Assembly: GCF_006345805.1 (NCBI RefSeq)
Contig: NC_043019.1
Coordinates: forward strand, 8,245,360-8,309,359
DNA from: Octopus sinensis
Lineage: Eukaryota
Direction: 5' to 3'
Length of the DNA: 64,000 nt
In this document: one piece after another, positions 42,184 to 56,839 of the stretch
How positions within the stretch are numbered: position 1 is the first letter of the stretch
How the letters are laid out: each line of letters opens with the position of its first letter
Notes under the pieces: generated by a model
The model's input: only the letters and a program-made list of their open reading frames with translations
The model's database searches: none
Told to the model about the DNA's origin: nothing
Made by a program: the position numbers and the translations under genes

Positions 42184-42756
42184 TTTAAATATAGGTGTGT
42201 ACATGTATGTATACCTTAATATACATGGACACATGTATGCATATTGTTTTCCAATATTGCCATATACCAATACGTAATAGAATCTTAATCCGGAATGAGC
42301 TGAAAGTTGATCTAAAATATTGTGGCACAATACACATGCAAGAATATATAAAATGTACCAGGAAGTGCAAATATTAATATGAAATTGATATAGATTGACT
42401 CTGGCCAATGCGCACGGTTTCCATTGTTAATCTCGTTGAGCAAACAGTTGTTTAAATACTGCATTGTTTGAAATCGAGTCGTGTGTTATTGCAATTATTA
42501 ATGGTATTAGCGATAGCGCTGTATGTCTGTAATAATGCCAATTATTGTAATTACTCTAATAGCACTACCCTACATTGCAAAGATGGCGATATGGAGAGAA
42601 ATATTCCTTGCACTTCTGAGATTGAATTACCAATTGAATCACATCGTGTTGACTGACGAAATTTGTTGTATACTTTACTATCAATATCTGTATTACTTCT
42701 CTCTGTCCGTCTGTCTCTCTCCCTTTCTCTATCTCTATCTCTCTGTCTATCTATAA

Positions 42757-42828
<72 letters not shown>

Positions 42829-43605
42829 CTGCTAGCTGTCTATTTATTACTCTCTGTTAAGATGTAAGCATGTGTGAGAGCGTGTATGCATATATATATA
42901 TAACAAAGTGGAGTTGTAGGGTACCGCACGAGTGGAATTATATACGAAAGAAGGTTTGAAAATGTAATTTTAAAAGATGTTTATTTACTTTACCGGTTTC
43001 ACTCTTTGGAAAAAGATTGTCAAAAGTAACATATTGAAGTTTGGTTGCGTTAATTATTGGTTGTTACAAATTGCTACATTACATATATACAGTCTTTGGT
43101 AACAGGGACAAGTTAAGGACATAAAAAAGTTTGACAAGTTCCTTAAAATATTGGGCACAAAAGATTACGACATAAATAATCATTCTCAAGTGTTTGTATG
43201 TGTGTTACTTTGTGCTTGTGTAATCGTGTGTGTGTATGTACGCATGTATGTGTCTGCTTGTTTGTGTGTGTATGTGCTGTGTTGAGCTATATATATGGAC
43301 AAGTAGTGTAACGTCGATTATATCCGTTCAGAAAGTTACCCTTGCTTTCACCTCCATTAATGCAGTTGGCAACACAGGCGACTCACCAGACATGTTGATC
43401 AGAATCACATAAATTATTTTCTAATGGATCTTAAAATACGGACACTGTCCATTGGTAGATGCAAGAACCCATGAAACGAAACAAGAAAAATGTTCAAAAT
43501 GGGTTACTTTTCGTTCATTTGTCAGACAAAGGGGAAGACAAGTTTTCAAAAATATCTATCATGTGTGCAATGAGCAAAAATTCCATACGTTTTCTTTATG
43601 TGAAC

Positions 43606-43747
43606 GTAGCTGAGTGGTAAAAAGCTTGCTTTCCAATAACATGGTTCCAGGCTCAGTCCCGTGTTGTGGCAACCTGGGCAAGTGTTTTTATTATAGCCTC
43701 TGTTTGACCAGACCCATGCGAGTGGATTTTTGAAGAAGCCCGTCGTA
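43606..43747 (+). mobile_element. SINE family A head, diverged, followed by (TATG)n
   Basis: Homology to 58490-58650, ending gaagcccgtcgtatg. Confidence 0.7.
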
Positions 43748-44048
43748 TGTATGTATGTATGTATGTATGTATGTATGTATGTATGTATGTATGTATATAC
43801 GTACATACGTATGTATGTATGTATGTATAAATATGAAAGTCTATGAAGTTTACTTTATACAGTTTTCGAAGGTGATTTTAGCTAGAAAAATTGCTATGAA
43901 AATGAGAACGATTGTAAAAACTTTGTACGTATGTGTGTGTGTAAGCGCGCAGAGACAAATAATTACATAAATACATGTTTAATGATTTAGTACAGTTTAC
44001 AACTAACAGCACACAATTAATGATAGCTGTAATAAAAATAATAATAAC

Positions 44049-44091
<43 letters not shown>

Positions 44092-44220
44092 CACACATCC
44101 TACGCAGAACACTTTCCATACAATAACAATCAGAGCATCACAACAAATCACAGCTCATACCTAAGGCACACAGAGCTGCGCTCGGTAGTGAAGTGAAAGC
44201 ACGCTATAAAAATAAAACTA

Positions 44221-44267
<47 letters not shown>

Positions 44268-44280
44268 TAATAATAATAAC

Positions 44281-44312
<32 letters not shown>

Positions 44313-44313
44313 C

Positions 44314-44344
<31 letters not shown>

Positions 44345-44349
44345 TAATA

Positions 44350-44598
44350 ATAAAGGATTGAGGTAACTCCTCCAGAAGATCTAGAGTCAAAATTAAAAGA
44401 AGCGTACCATTGTTATCGATTGAAATATATTTCCACATCTTGCGTGTCTTGAACTGGTTCAAAAAATTAATTCTGTGAATCTACTTCAATTTGGTTAATA
44501 TATAAAGGATTGAGTAACTCCTCCAGAGGATATAGAGTCAAAATGAAAAGAGTGCCATTGTTATCTAGTGAAAGACATTTCGACATCTTGTGTGGAGT
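44350..44598 (+). repeat. Diverged direct repeat, about 97 bp twice, 152-bp period
   Basis: ataaaggattga(g)gtaactcctccaga.gat.tagagtcaaaat.aaaaga...ccattgttatc at 44350 and 44502. Confidence 0.8.
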
Positions 44599-45375
44599 TG
44601 ACCCAAAGTGCCGACAGTGTCACAATGAAATTGAAACAATCGATTACCTAATCTTTAGGTATAAGGTTTTAGCACCGGTAGAGTATACATCTAGACATGA
44701 CTGTGTTGGCCAATATGTACACTGCATAATATGTCGACGTTATAAAAGCAAAACTGCTGACAAATGGTACAAGCTCCATATTTAGGCTATGAAGGGAGAA
44801 AATGTAGCGATTCTGTGGGACTCTCTAATACATACAGACCAGACTATCAAGCTGATAAACCAGATATTGTTGTGAAAGAACAAAGCACAAACATCTGTTT
44901 TTTGATTGACATGAGTTTACCCTATGATCATAATATCTCAGCAAAAGAATTTGATAAGCTCAGAAAATATAAGAATTTGCTGATTGAAATACAAAAAAAT
45001 GTTGCAACTCAAGAGGGTTATAATATCAGTGACTGTAGGAGCACTTGGTATGACCAAAAGGGGAACTAAAAATTATTTGAGGGTGATCCTTGGCTTACCA
45101 TCCATGTAGGAACTGCAAAAGAACCTTCTTAACAGGAAAGTCACACGCATTGAGAAGAACATTGTCACTGTGAATTTTCTTTCCTGTTCCCTCTTATTTT
45201 CTTTGTTTTCTTCCCCCCCCTTGTTTTCTCTTCCATTTTCTTTTCTATCACACGACTTTGTATATGAACAATCTGGTGTATTTATCTTAATGGCCTACCG
45301 TTGTACTGAGAAAGATTCTTTTCCCAAGATGTTGGGAAGACACTCGGCAAGAAATGGAAACAAAATTGAAAGACA
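44590..45375 (+). mobile_element. R4/Dong-type LINE 3' fragment (zinc knuckle, RLE, 3' UTR)
   Basis: DPKCRQCHNEIETIDYLI...EYTSRHDCVGQYVH (degenerate CCHC) and PDIVVKEQSTNICFLIDMSLPYDHNISAKEFDKLRKYKNL (PD-D/ExK); lies downstream of a (TAA)n array at 44225-44350. Confidence 0.85.
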
Positions 45376-45651
45376 CTACTACTACTACTACTACTGCTGC
45401 TGCTGCTGTTGCTGCTGCTGCCGCTGCTGCTGCTGCTGCTACTGTCGTTGTTGTTGTTAAGCAACAAGACGGGTAAGGGTGATTAGGGGATGGTCTAGGG
45501 CTTAGGGGCGGGGGACCCCAGACCTTGGGAAAAAAAGAAAACTTTGGTCGTCTTGTTGTAGTCGAGGGCTCTTCGTTGACGCCCGACACCACTGGGAGGT
45601 GGCTTTCAAAGTCGCTAGAAATGGAGATCTCCAGATCCAAATTCTTGAACG

Positions 45652-45682
<31 letters not shown>

Positions 45683-46152
45683 TTCCTACCACCACAACTA
45701 CTACTAATTATAATAACAACAAGAATATATGATGATGACGACGACGACGATGACGATGATGATAATGATGATGAAGAAGAAGCAATTGAAAACTTTATAG
45801 ACATTTCTAATTCATTAATCAATTACTAATTTCGTCTTCATTACTTTCTAAACTATTTATAATTGTTTTATCTCGAAACTCTTCATATAAATACGATTTT
45901 CTCTAAATCTTATATACTTTGTTTCGTCGCAATTATGTTTTTATTTTTAATTGTTAATGCTATCTAATGTTTACTAATGGTTGTGTCTAATTAAATATTA
46001 AATTTAAATGGAGAACATGAAAACGCATAGATACAAATACAGAGACCTGTCATTTAAAATACTATTTCCCTTTCTACGATTTCCCAGGCTTTCTGACTCT
46101 CTTTTTCTCTCTCGCTGTCTCCTCTCATGTTCTTCCTTTCCATTCTTTCGTT

Positions 46153-46228
<76 letters not shown>

Positions 46229-46249
46229 TATCGATCTATCTATCTCTCA

Positions 46250-46286
<37 letters not shown>

Positions 46287-46366
46287 TCTATCTCCCTCTC
46301 TTTATATATATATATATATATATATGTCTATCTGTCTATCTTTCTATCTATCTATCGGTCTGTATG

Positions 46367-46405
<39 letters not shown>

Positions 46406-46789
46406 GACTGTCTTTCTATCTATAGATCGATTGAACTGTCTGTCTATCTATCAGTTTATCTATTTATCTATTTAGCTCTTCCTTCCGCTTGTATCACGTA
46501 CTCGACACCCCCACACAAACACACAGATGACAAGCGCAGATCCAAAACCACAGTACCGTATACACACACAAGAAGTATCTGACACAAACATATATATATA
46601 TATATTTATACATTCACACACATTTGTACACACGCATACACACACATTCACTGACATATACATATAGACATCACTAAATATGTTGGCGTATTTGTATATA
46701 TGTGACAGTGCAGCGGTTTTCTAGACTGAACATATTCCCGTTTTAAAACACTTCATGCTACACTCTCTCTTGCTCTGCATAGAAGAATA

Positions 46790-46920
46790 ACTGTAAGCTA
46801 AAATTGGTCAACTTTCAGAACCCTTCCATCTCGTAAGAGAATTCTTTGCCATATTTTTGCAGGTGGTCTTTAGCAAACAGCGGTAATTTTTACGTTGCTT
46901 TTCATTCTTTTGGCATCGAC
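46790..46920 (-). mobile_element. Possible Tc1-like transposase relic
   Basis: Minus-strand LFAKDHLQKYG and frameshifted WQRILLRD loosely fit the region before the first catalytic D; weak. Confidence 0.25.
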
Positions 46921-47744
46921 AAATGATTTGCTAATTGTTGTCGGGAGAGAAACGTATATTGAGGATCGCCATACGCGATGCTGTGGAATATCTTTACTTC
47001 ACCTTGAAGTTGTTGGTAATGTCTGATTTGAAATCTGAAAAAATGAAGAAATAAGTATGTACTGCAAAACGGTATCTCCCACGTATTATATCATTTAGCA
47101 AAATCTTTAACATTTTTGTGATAAGAAGCCAAGCAGTATACGAGTAACTTGCCTGTCAAACGTAGCTACAAATTTCTTCCAAATTTCACAGTACCTTTTC
47201 AATAAGACGAGGGGAAACTTGAAAATATGTGTATTAGAAATGAAATATATCAAGTGGTAAGGAGATTCTTGCATGTGGGATTGATGTACCTGGCGAAAAA
47301 ATGAACGTCACTGATGGGAATTAATGATTGCGTTTAAGAAGAAGACTGAATGGGCGCGCAAGATGTAGATAACTGGTCCGGAGAAAAGGACAAGAAAATG
47401 ATCCAAAAGAATATTGTTGATGGTGTTAAAGTAAAAATTAAATTAAATTAAAAATTAAAGTAAAAATTAAATTATCTATAATAAACAATTCGGCAGTTTC
47501 ATCGAAAGGGTGTAGAACAGGAATGTTGAAACGGAACAAAAAATACATTAAAATTTAGAGAGATATTTGGAGATATCGATTACAATTCTTGAGTCGTTCC
47601 ACTTGAAAAGCGGACACTTAATTAGAAGGAGAAGATTTCATCGTTTATGAAGATTGAAGAACAACGAAGAAAACGGAATAGCAAGTAGGTAATGGTTAAG
47701 GAACTCTCATAAGCTGTTATAAATGTACTACTACTACTACTACA

Positions 47745-47793
<49 letters not shown>

Positions 47794-47929
47794 TAATAAT
47801 AATAATGCAGAAGTACAGTCAAACTGAAGTCAACACGAAAAGCAGTGAAATAGGCGAACCGATACTAAAAAGAAGAAATAAATTATTGCCTTGTAAGTAC
47901 AGGAATAAAAATAATAGTAAACCTTGCTA

Positions 47930-48136
47930 GTATAGACTCAATGCCTGAGATTTACTGGGAAGGGACCAGTCGATTAGATCGACCAGAGTACGCAACTGGA
48001 ACTTAATTTATCGAACCCCGAAAAGGTGAAAGGCAAAGTGGACATCGGCAGAATTTGAACTGAAAACATAAAGTAGGGGCAAAATTCGATAAGCATTTCA
48101 CCCGGTTTGCTAACGATTCTGCTAGCTCGCCGCCTT
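47930..48136 (-). mobile_element. SINE family B
   Basis: Ends gctagctcgccgcctt. Other diverged minus-strand copies at 9435-9631 and 51650-51860. Confidence 0.75.
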
Positions 48137-48149
48137 AATATTAATAATA

Positions 48150-48181
<32 letters not shown>

Positions 48182-48874
48182 AGTTTCTAGCAAGGCCTGA
48201 CATTTGTGGGAAGAAAATGATCTATGAAGTAGTTTGCAGTACTTGAACAATAATCTTGTACCCGGGATGGGGGAGGTGATGTACGATCGACAACTGTGGG
48301 ATTTGAAATCAGAATGTAAAGAATCGGAATTAATACGGCAAAAAATGAAAGTGAAGATGCGAAAGAAATTGAGAAGAAACTGATGCTAGTAGATATGATG
48401 GTGGGATGATGATGCTGATGCTAATGACGACGACGACGATGATGGTTTCGAGAACAAGGAAGATGGAGAGGAGGGCTACTGATGAAGATTGGATAGAAGA
48501 TGAAAGAAAGGAAGAAAGGACCTACGTGGAAGAATAATATAACGGAAATGAACACCGTTCTGTTTACATAATCAAAAATATTTTTCCTATAAATTTATTT
48601 CGGCATTTTTGTAAAGGAGTGTTGTGTGTTGGTGTCAGGGGTTTGGTGTTCGTGTGATTCTGTTGTTTGTGTCGGCGTGGTTCTTGTTGATGTTGGTGTC
48701 GTCTTGGTGGTTCTGTTTAATGTTTGTTTTCCTTCATCTTCTGTGATCTCTTGTAGAAATGTAGGACAGAGGGAGATGGAGGAACGGGGCGAAGATAATT
48801 GATGTGTCACAAAGAATGGGAAGAAGAGGAGAAAATTAAAAGATGTGGATAGTAGTAGTAGTGATGGTAGTAGC

Positions 48875-48930
<56 letters not shown>

Positions 48931-49469
48931 TGGTAGTAATAGTAGTAGTAGTAGTGGAGATGGTGGTTGTGTTGTTATTGTTGTTGCTGTTATTGTGGTG
49001 GTTGCTGTTATTGTGACGAGTGTAGTAAAAGCTGACAACAACTCAGACTTATCTCGATGAGGACAATGTTGTTAATGATGATGATGATGATGATGATGTG
49101 AACGTTGAGGACTGCTGTCTCCAGAGCGACGATGGAGACGAAGAAAATAACGACGACGTCGATGATGTTCATGATGACAATGGTGACGACAATGATGGCA
49201 ACGACGAAGGCAGCGGCGTTGATTGATGAAAATATAGAATAAGACAAATTAACTAAAAGCATCAAGGAGACGATGGTTGTCGCTAAAGGCTGGAATGTTT
49301 AAAGAATAACAGAAAATCTCATTGGTTTGATGTAGAATAACGTTTGATCTGTTTGAGAGAGACTGTTTACTGGATGTCTTAGATTTGGTTAAATACGTGG
49401 CACCACAATTCAAGTCGGAAATCAATGATCAATATCGGAGCAGAGATGGCTAATTGCAAAATACGAGCT

Positions 49470-49830
49470 CCGTAAGTGGGAGCCGATGTTGAGGCGCCTC
49501 TCTCTTGCCATGCTCCTTGGTAACGCCTTTTCTGTTTTTCAGCCGCCCATGTATACGTGGCTCTCCACAGACACGTGTACCCTTAACGTAGTCATCGGGG
49601 AGATTCGACGTGACACAAAGTGTGACATGGTTGCCCCTTTGAGATACAGATACGGCAGAAGCGGGAAGAAAGTGAGAGAAAGTTGTGCCGAAAGAATACA
49701 GCAGAGCTTGCCACCTCACCCTGCTGGAGCCTTGTAGAGCTTTAGGTATTTTCGCTCAATAAACACTCACAACGCCAAGTCTGGGAATTGAAACCGCGAC
49801 TCCAATGCCCTAACTACTGGGCCATTTCAC
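49470..49830 (-). mobile_element. SINE family C (tRNA-derived); related head at 50420-50572
   Basis: Reverse-oriented tRNA-like head (gggaattgaaaccgcg...ccctaactactgggcca); body shares gtacccttaa...cgtgacaca motifs recalled from octopus SINEs. Confidence 0.6.
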
Positions 49831-49850
49831 TCCCAATATATATATATATT

Positions 49851-49970
<120 letters not shown>

Positions 49971-50254
49971 ACAATTAGGAATGGTCTTAATAGGCCATTC
50001 GTCCACTAGAAAGAGCAGCCATAACTCAAACCGCTAAGTAGTAATTCAGAAATTAGGTGAAAATTTAAAAACGTTTACCCTAATTCATCTTTATACGATG
50101 CATCGTTTCAGTGTTTTTAATGGTAAACTAGCTTAATTAAATTCCTAAATTGTTTATTTTTTTATATATTTAGTCTTTGACTATTTTCTCTTTCCCACTA
50201 GAACGCTGGTAGCGATAAATTTCTACTGAATTTTTTGCTACCCTAAATTGATTA

Positions 50255-50298
<44 letters not shown>

Positions 50299-50579
50299 AA
50301 AGTGACAGATATCTGATCATTAATTAAAATATATACTACGAGCGGAGTTTGTTCCTATTGAGGCGTGTTCGATATTTTTTCGATAAGTAAATTTTCTTCA
50401 TTTAAGCGTTCTTGTACAGAAATTGTTTCTTGGTTCTGGTAGAGTGGACTGGAGCAACGCGAAACGAAGTGTTTTGCTGAAGAATACAACGCATCACCCA
50501 GTCCAGAAATCGAAACCACAACCTTACGATCATGATTTCAACACCCTAACCACTAAGCCACACGCCTCCACATAAATAT

Positions 50580-50612
<33 letters not shown>

Positions 50613-52145
50613 CATATATAAGTATAGGTATAGGCACATACAAATATGTAAATATATATAATATATACATAAATATATATATATGTATATATATATATGC
50701 ATATGTACACATACATCTCTCATTATTTAATTGCAAGGCATATTTTTCTTATGCGTATACTTTCTACATACAAATCTATTGTATATTAATTTCATTTAGT
50801 CACTTAATCATTTAGCATAGACAGCCTAATTTTCAATTAGTCTTGGAGCACTCTTATATATGTCTTCATTACAGCAGTTGATGTATCTCCTGGGATGTCT
50901 CTGCAACTCTATTAACTTCACACTCAAAAATACGCACACATATTGCAGCAAGTGTATTCTTTATGAAGTGGCTTATTTCAATTAGACACGACACAGAAAC
51001 AAAGAGAACAATAGCTTATATCACATCCTCAATTCAACCCTAATGACACACACACACCCACCAAATATAAAAACTATCAACTCCGTATAATTGAAGAAAA
51101 GTTTCAATTAAAATGTGTAGACATGAAAGAAATTTAAGTAAAGTAATTCCAATAAAAACGTAGCAACAACAACAACACCAACAATGATAATAATAATAAT
51201 AATAATGCAGACGATTAAAAAAGAAGTAGGAAAGGGAGATGAAGAAGCGGAGAATGGAGAAAACAATAATGTTTATTTAATAAAAAAAAACATGGCAAAC
51301 TATATAAAAATAGAAATGGAATTGAATGGCTAAAATGAAATTATATTGGTGTCATATATGATGTAGGTCGGGGAACGTGACAAAGTGGTGTTTGCTTTGA
51401 ACCAAAATATATTTTGGTGCTTCGTTACTTATCTTACAGTTCTTGACAAAATTCCAAATTCTGCTGACGCAGCACTTACATTTCAATTTTAGTAGGTACT
51501 ATAAATAATTATGTATATATAACGAAAAAGAAAAAAAAATCTTTAGATATGGATAAGTATACTTCCAATCTATTTCGGAAAGAATTTCGTCCAACTACAA
51601 TGAAAGTAGATCGACAGTCAATACTTCTGTCCACGTATGTTGAAGTAACAAATGTTGACAAAGGGTCCATAATTTTATGGGCAAGTTTTGTAGATTATAT
51701 CGAACCCTCTGCTCAATTGTTTATTTTATCAACATCAAAAGGAAGAAAAGCAAAGTCGATCTTGACGGAATTTGAACTCGGAAACTAGAGCCGTCAGAAA
51801 TACTGTACAAGCATTATTTTATGCGACGCATTAACGAGTCTGTACGTGCGCCGTCTTTGGCGATATATCATAGAGATACACGTTCAATATAGATTTAAAC
51901 TCAACACCCCAGGGTTATATATCATTTTGGCCCCCTACTGTGTTTTTTTTTTTTAGGATTTAAACCAGAAGGAGTAATATAGGGAGAGTGATTTACCTTA
52001 GACGGGTTTAGTAAATCAAGGAAGAATTCTATTAATTTCAGGGATTAGTTAATAAGATAATTATGTGATCAGTTTAGATGTCTTGCATTCTGACAGCGTA
52101 TAGGTATTGCTGTTTAGGTTTTGTGACATATATATATATATATGT

Positions 52146-52183
<38 letters not shown>

Positions 52184-52924
52184 TTGTGTGTCTTCATACA
52201 TGAATTAATTCATGTACACAAAAATGTATATTTATTTGTGTTTGTATAACTAAATACAAATCTGAGATCGTATACTTCAATTTTCACTTCATGAATAACC
52301 TAATAATAATACAAAGACTACGAAGCCTCCAATACATCATTCATTGAAGTATTAACAACCCCGTTCCTCTTACCCTCCATGTGTTCGGTCACCTCTTGTT
52401 ATGCTTGTGACTACGCGATGAAAGGGACATAATCGAAAACAGATCGTTCTTCTGCAAGTACTGTGCCATGTTTACACTGAAATTAATTTTATAGATTTCT
52501 AACAGAGCATATTTGGTTTCCAAGAAGGAATACCCTGAGAATTTGAGTTTGAAAGTACAGTAAACTTTATATTTTCCATGCCAGAGTAGTTACTACTGAC
52601 ATGTTTATTTCTAGAAAAAACTAGTTCTTTCTCTGTCCTATTGTCAATTGAATAATGGCGATATATGTTGCGTTATATATCGTATGTCTTAATAAAATTG
52701 ACAGCATAAGGCTGAATATTCTAAACATGTGTATCGAAATATGGCTGAAAATTCCATGCTCCCCAGCAATGACTACTTTCCATCTCTATATATATAATTG
52801 ACAGCATTTCGTAACATTAATTTCCATCGGAATATGCTCACGGGTTTTCATTAGACATACTATATTCTTTTAGCAGCCAAAAGTTATTTGATAACGGCAC
52901 TGTTGCACGCTTGTATATTTTTTC

Positions 52925-53315
52925 TGCTCAAAGTAAAAGGCCCGAAGTTTTGGTGGAGGGATCCAGTCAAATATATCGACCCAGTACGCAACTGGTATAT
53001 AATGTTTCGACCCCGAAAGGATAAAAGGCAAAGTCGACCTCGGCCGAATTTGAACTCAGAACGTGGCTGCAGACAAAATACCTATTTCTTTACTACCCAG
53101 AAGGGGCTAACCACAGAAGGGACAAACAAGGACAGACAAATGGATTAAATCGATTATATCGACCCCAGTGCGTAACTGATACTTATTTAATCGGCCCCGA
53201 AAGGATGAAAGGCATAGTCGACCCCGGCGGAATTTGAACTCAGAACGTACCGGCAGACGAAATACCGCAAAGCATTTCGCCCGGAGTGGTAACGTTTCTG
53301 CCAGCTCGCCGCCTT
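52925..53315 (-). mobile_element. SINE family B with duplicated body
   Basis: Two body units joined at gacaaaatacctatttctttac, the reverse complement of the 35815 junction. Confidence 0.85.
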
Positions 53316-53732
53316 CTCGCTTTTATATTTCTGACGTACGAATGTCTTTGATGAATCGTTGCTTAATTAAGCCCACTGGTATTCCTATGTAGATTTATGG
53401 GAGGATATTTCTGTTTTCTTTCGACACACATTACACCATTCCTCCTGTGTCCTAACACTGCTTATGCTGATATGCCATTTTATTCCAAAATATGCTTAAT
53501 TCGTTTATATATTTTCCGCGCTTACGCCTTATTAGGTTTTCCGCATTTGACATGTGATTGTCTTAACAGTTTAAGTTGAAGCTTCTCTTGTAGAAGTGTT
53601 GCCTGTTACTAGGAAGTACTCGGCAGATTAGATTTTACGCTTAAATGCAAGTATAAAGCAAATACTATTATAAGGCTATAGTTACGTATATGCGTATGCG
53701 TGTATGTACGTATGAATATATAAACACCAATG

Positions 53733-53779
<47 letters not shown>

Positions 53780-53959
53780 ATGTGTGCTTCTGTGTGTGTG
53801 TGTTTGTGTGTGTTTGTGTGTGTGTGTATGTTTATGTGTGTATACATATATATGCATGTTCGCACAAAGACTAACACATTAGCTCACACCCACCAACTCA
53901 CATATATACACATCACACACACATATACATACATATGTACACATATATACATACATACG

Positions 53960-54022
<63 letters not shown>

Positions 54023-54432
54023 GCATGCATATTTACGTATACGTAGATACACCACACATCAAATTCCAAATATTTCAGTCCTACAGTTACCGTTTTACAC
54101 GCACCTAACAGACAAAAGAATTAGAAAATCTAATTATTTTCAGAAATACTTTGTATCTAGATACTTTGTATCGTGTTACCAGGTGATATACATCACTTGT
54201 TAACATATTATCCCATAACTTCCTACATCAGCCATATGCAAATTCCGCGATGATCTCGTGTAGTTTTCTAGCAAAATGCCGTCAATGCATTAGAAATATT
54301 CCTACCGGAATTTTACGTTTTTTTTTCTTAATTATTTAACCGTTACTTGGAGTTTGTAGTTTGGTGTTTTATAGTCTTATGTCATATGTGTTGACATTTC
54401 CTTTATTATTGTTATTATTATTATTATTATTA

Positions 54433-54484
<52 letters not shown>

Positions 54485-54780
54485 TCCTTTGCAATAAGGC
54501 TGGGGATGTACTACGGTGTCAGATGTTCACTACCAGTGAACTAAGGTAAAACCTCTTATTTTTCGAGCACCTTCTGGAGTATTCGAGCGGTTCTAAGCAG
54601 TGCTGTTTTCTGCAAGTGCTCCACAGTAGCCATACATTACTAACGCCAGCACTCAACTCTTCAGGAAACCATTCGTAAGCAATAAATGTAGAGTTCTGAA
54701 AGAACGGTGGGCATAAGTTCAATCCTTTTATTGAGCAACGATCCACAAACCTTAATAGGCATAGCCTTTCTTTCCTTGAC
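54485..54780 (-). mobile_element. R4/Dong-type LINE extreme 3' end with (TAA)n tail at 54405-54485
   Basis: Minus strand 54624-54562 reads VEHLQKTALLRTARILQKVLE. Confidence 0.75.
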
Positions 54781-55842
54781 AAACTATTGTATTGAAGTTT
54801 TCTATATAATATGCTTGCAGTTCATAAGATATATTTTTGTCTAAGGCGGGTGTGTGTAATCTTAAAATTTTGTTTATATATTTTTCTACACGTTCTTCAA
54901 TTCTTCCGAAAGAAATACATTTCTATAGGAATATTAAATTATAGAATTTTATTACTCTTCTAATTGGATCGATTTCATTTAGCACATTCTGCTTATCTCT
55001 ATTTTTAGATCTATACTTTCAGATAATATCCCCATTTCTATGAAATATATATCTTTTTGTGCGAACTCATATTTGCCCTTAACAATAGGTGATACATATT
55101 CGCTGATCACCTAATGTGTGTGGTGATCGATTCGCGATTTCATGAAATCAATTCTTTATCACATAATAATGGCATAATTTTCATTCTATCAAGTCACCAA
55201 TATTGTCATGTCTGTGGGTGCCATCGCTTTGGAGTCAGATGCAAAATGGCGAATCGTTTCTTTCCAACAGCCAAGTATTCTGCTGTTACTAAATTTAATT
55301 TATTTCATTCCATGCTTTTGTTAGCTTCTGATGGGAAGGCTTTCAGTTTATGCCATGATCAAGGCCCTGACATTAGTCTTCGAATGGTTGTATTTGTTCC
55401 TCTCTTAAAAAGGAAGAACGAATTTCGACGCATTATATAATGACCAGAAGCAGAGAGAAAGAATGCTCCGTAAAGAAAGGAATATTGGTGTAGTCAGAAT
55501 GTGACAAGACAATTTCCAAATAAATAGCCTTTGGCTTTCAAAATGTACTGAATGACTGAATTGACAACAAGTAGTCAATGCAATTACAGTACTAGGCAGA
55601 TTCTACGAATTCCACCAGATTTGAAATGAGGAATAATCTCTCCAAGATTGAAAGAATCCATTGAGGTAATTCTAAGTCAAACCTACATTCACACACAATC
55701 ATACATACACACGCACATATATACATACATACAAACATACGGCCATACATACTCGCATACAACTATATATATACATACACACATACATGCATATATATAT
55801 GTATCTGTTTGCATTCATAAACATATTAGTATAGATATACGA

Positions 55843-55927
<85 letters not shown>

Positions 55928-56431
55928 TGTATGTATATATATATCAAGTAACTGCACGAACACGCACGCACGCATTCGGGGTACAGGCATACATACAGTT
56001 AGATGCATGGATATACGATACTTGTTGTCAATAGCACACTATTCCAATCGTGTCCAATCGTCCTTCTTATGTCATTCTTCAACTTCTCAATTCAACGTCT
56101 TCTTGTCTTCTCTCATTTATTCCCGCTTTATATTTCGTGACTCCCCGTCTTCATTTAATTCTCATCATTCAAAAGACATTTCTAGTATTTTAAAACGCTG
56201 CTCTATACTGCATATACAGTTAGAGATAGAGGAAGAGAGAGACGGAGAGACAGAGAGAGATGTGGTAGAAATGAAGGTAGGGTATCGGAGAGAAAGAAAG
56301 AGGGAGAGAGAGAGAGAGCTCTATCGAGATTGAGAGAGAAAAACACGAACACACACGCCCATACATACACAGACATATACACACATGCACACGCAGAAAT
56401 ATGTATACGTATCAATGACTTTCTCTTCTCT

Positions 56432-56485
<54 letters not shown>

Positions 56486-56798
56486 ATTAATATGTATGTT
56501 TGTATGTACATACATGCAAGTATATATGCATATATCAATCTATCTGGCTATCTCGTTCTCTATCCCACCATCTCTCGCTCTCCCTCACTCCATCTCGCAC
56601 CAACTCTCTCTCTCTCTCTCTCTCTCTGTCCTTATACGCCGCATACATGTGCGGTACGTGGTTCCGTCTCACAGCATGGCACCTTGAGTAAGATCCTTCC
56701 CTCATAGTTGTTGAGCATTTCAAAACCTTGTTAGCAGAATTGGTAGATGGAAACCGAAGGAAGACCATCGGTTATGTGTGTGTGTGTGTGTGTGTGTG

Positions 56799-56839
<41 letters not shown>

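Noticed and set aside
42468-42656. ORF with a signal-peptide-like start
   Set aside because: TTG start, short, no homology recognised.
45287-45690. Poly-Q / Pro-rich minus-strand reading frame
   Set aside because: Bounded by trinucleotide arrays, with no ATG or polypyrimidine acceptor.
47003-47034. 32-bp minus-strand micro-exon candidate
   Set aside because: Weak donor (gtgaag) and adjacent to a probable transposon relic.
50085-50135. Palindrome ACGATGCATCGT followed by TTTC (stem III-like)
   Set aside because: The CUGANGA core is missing, with four mismatches at the expected place.
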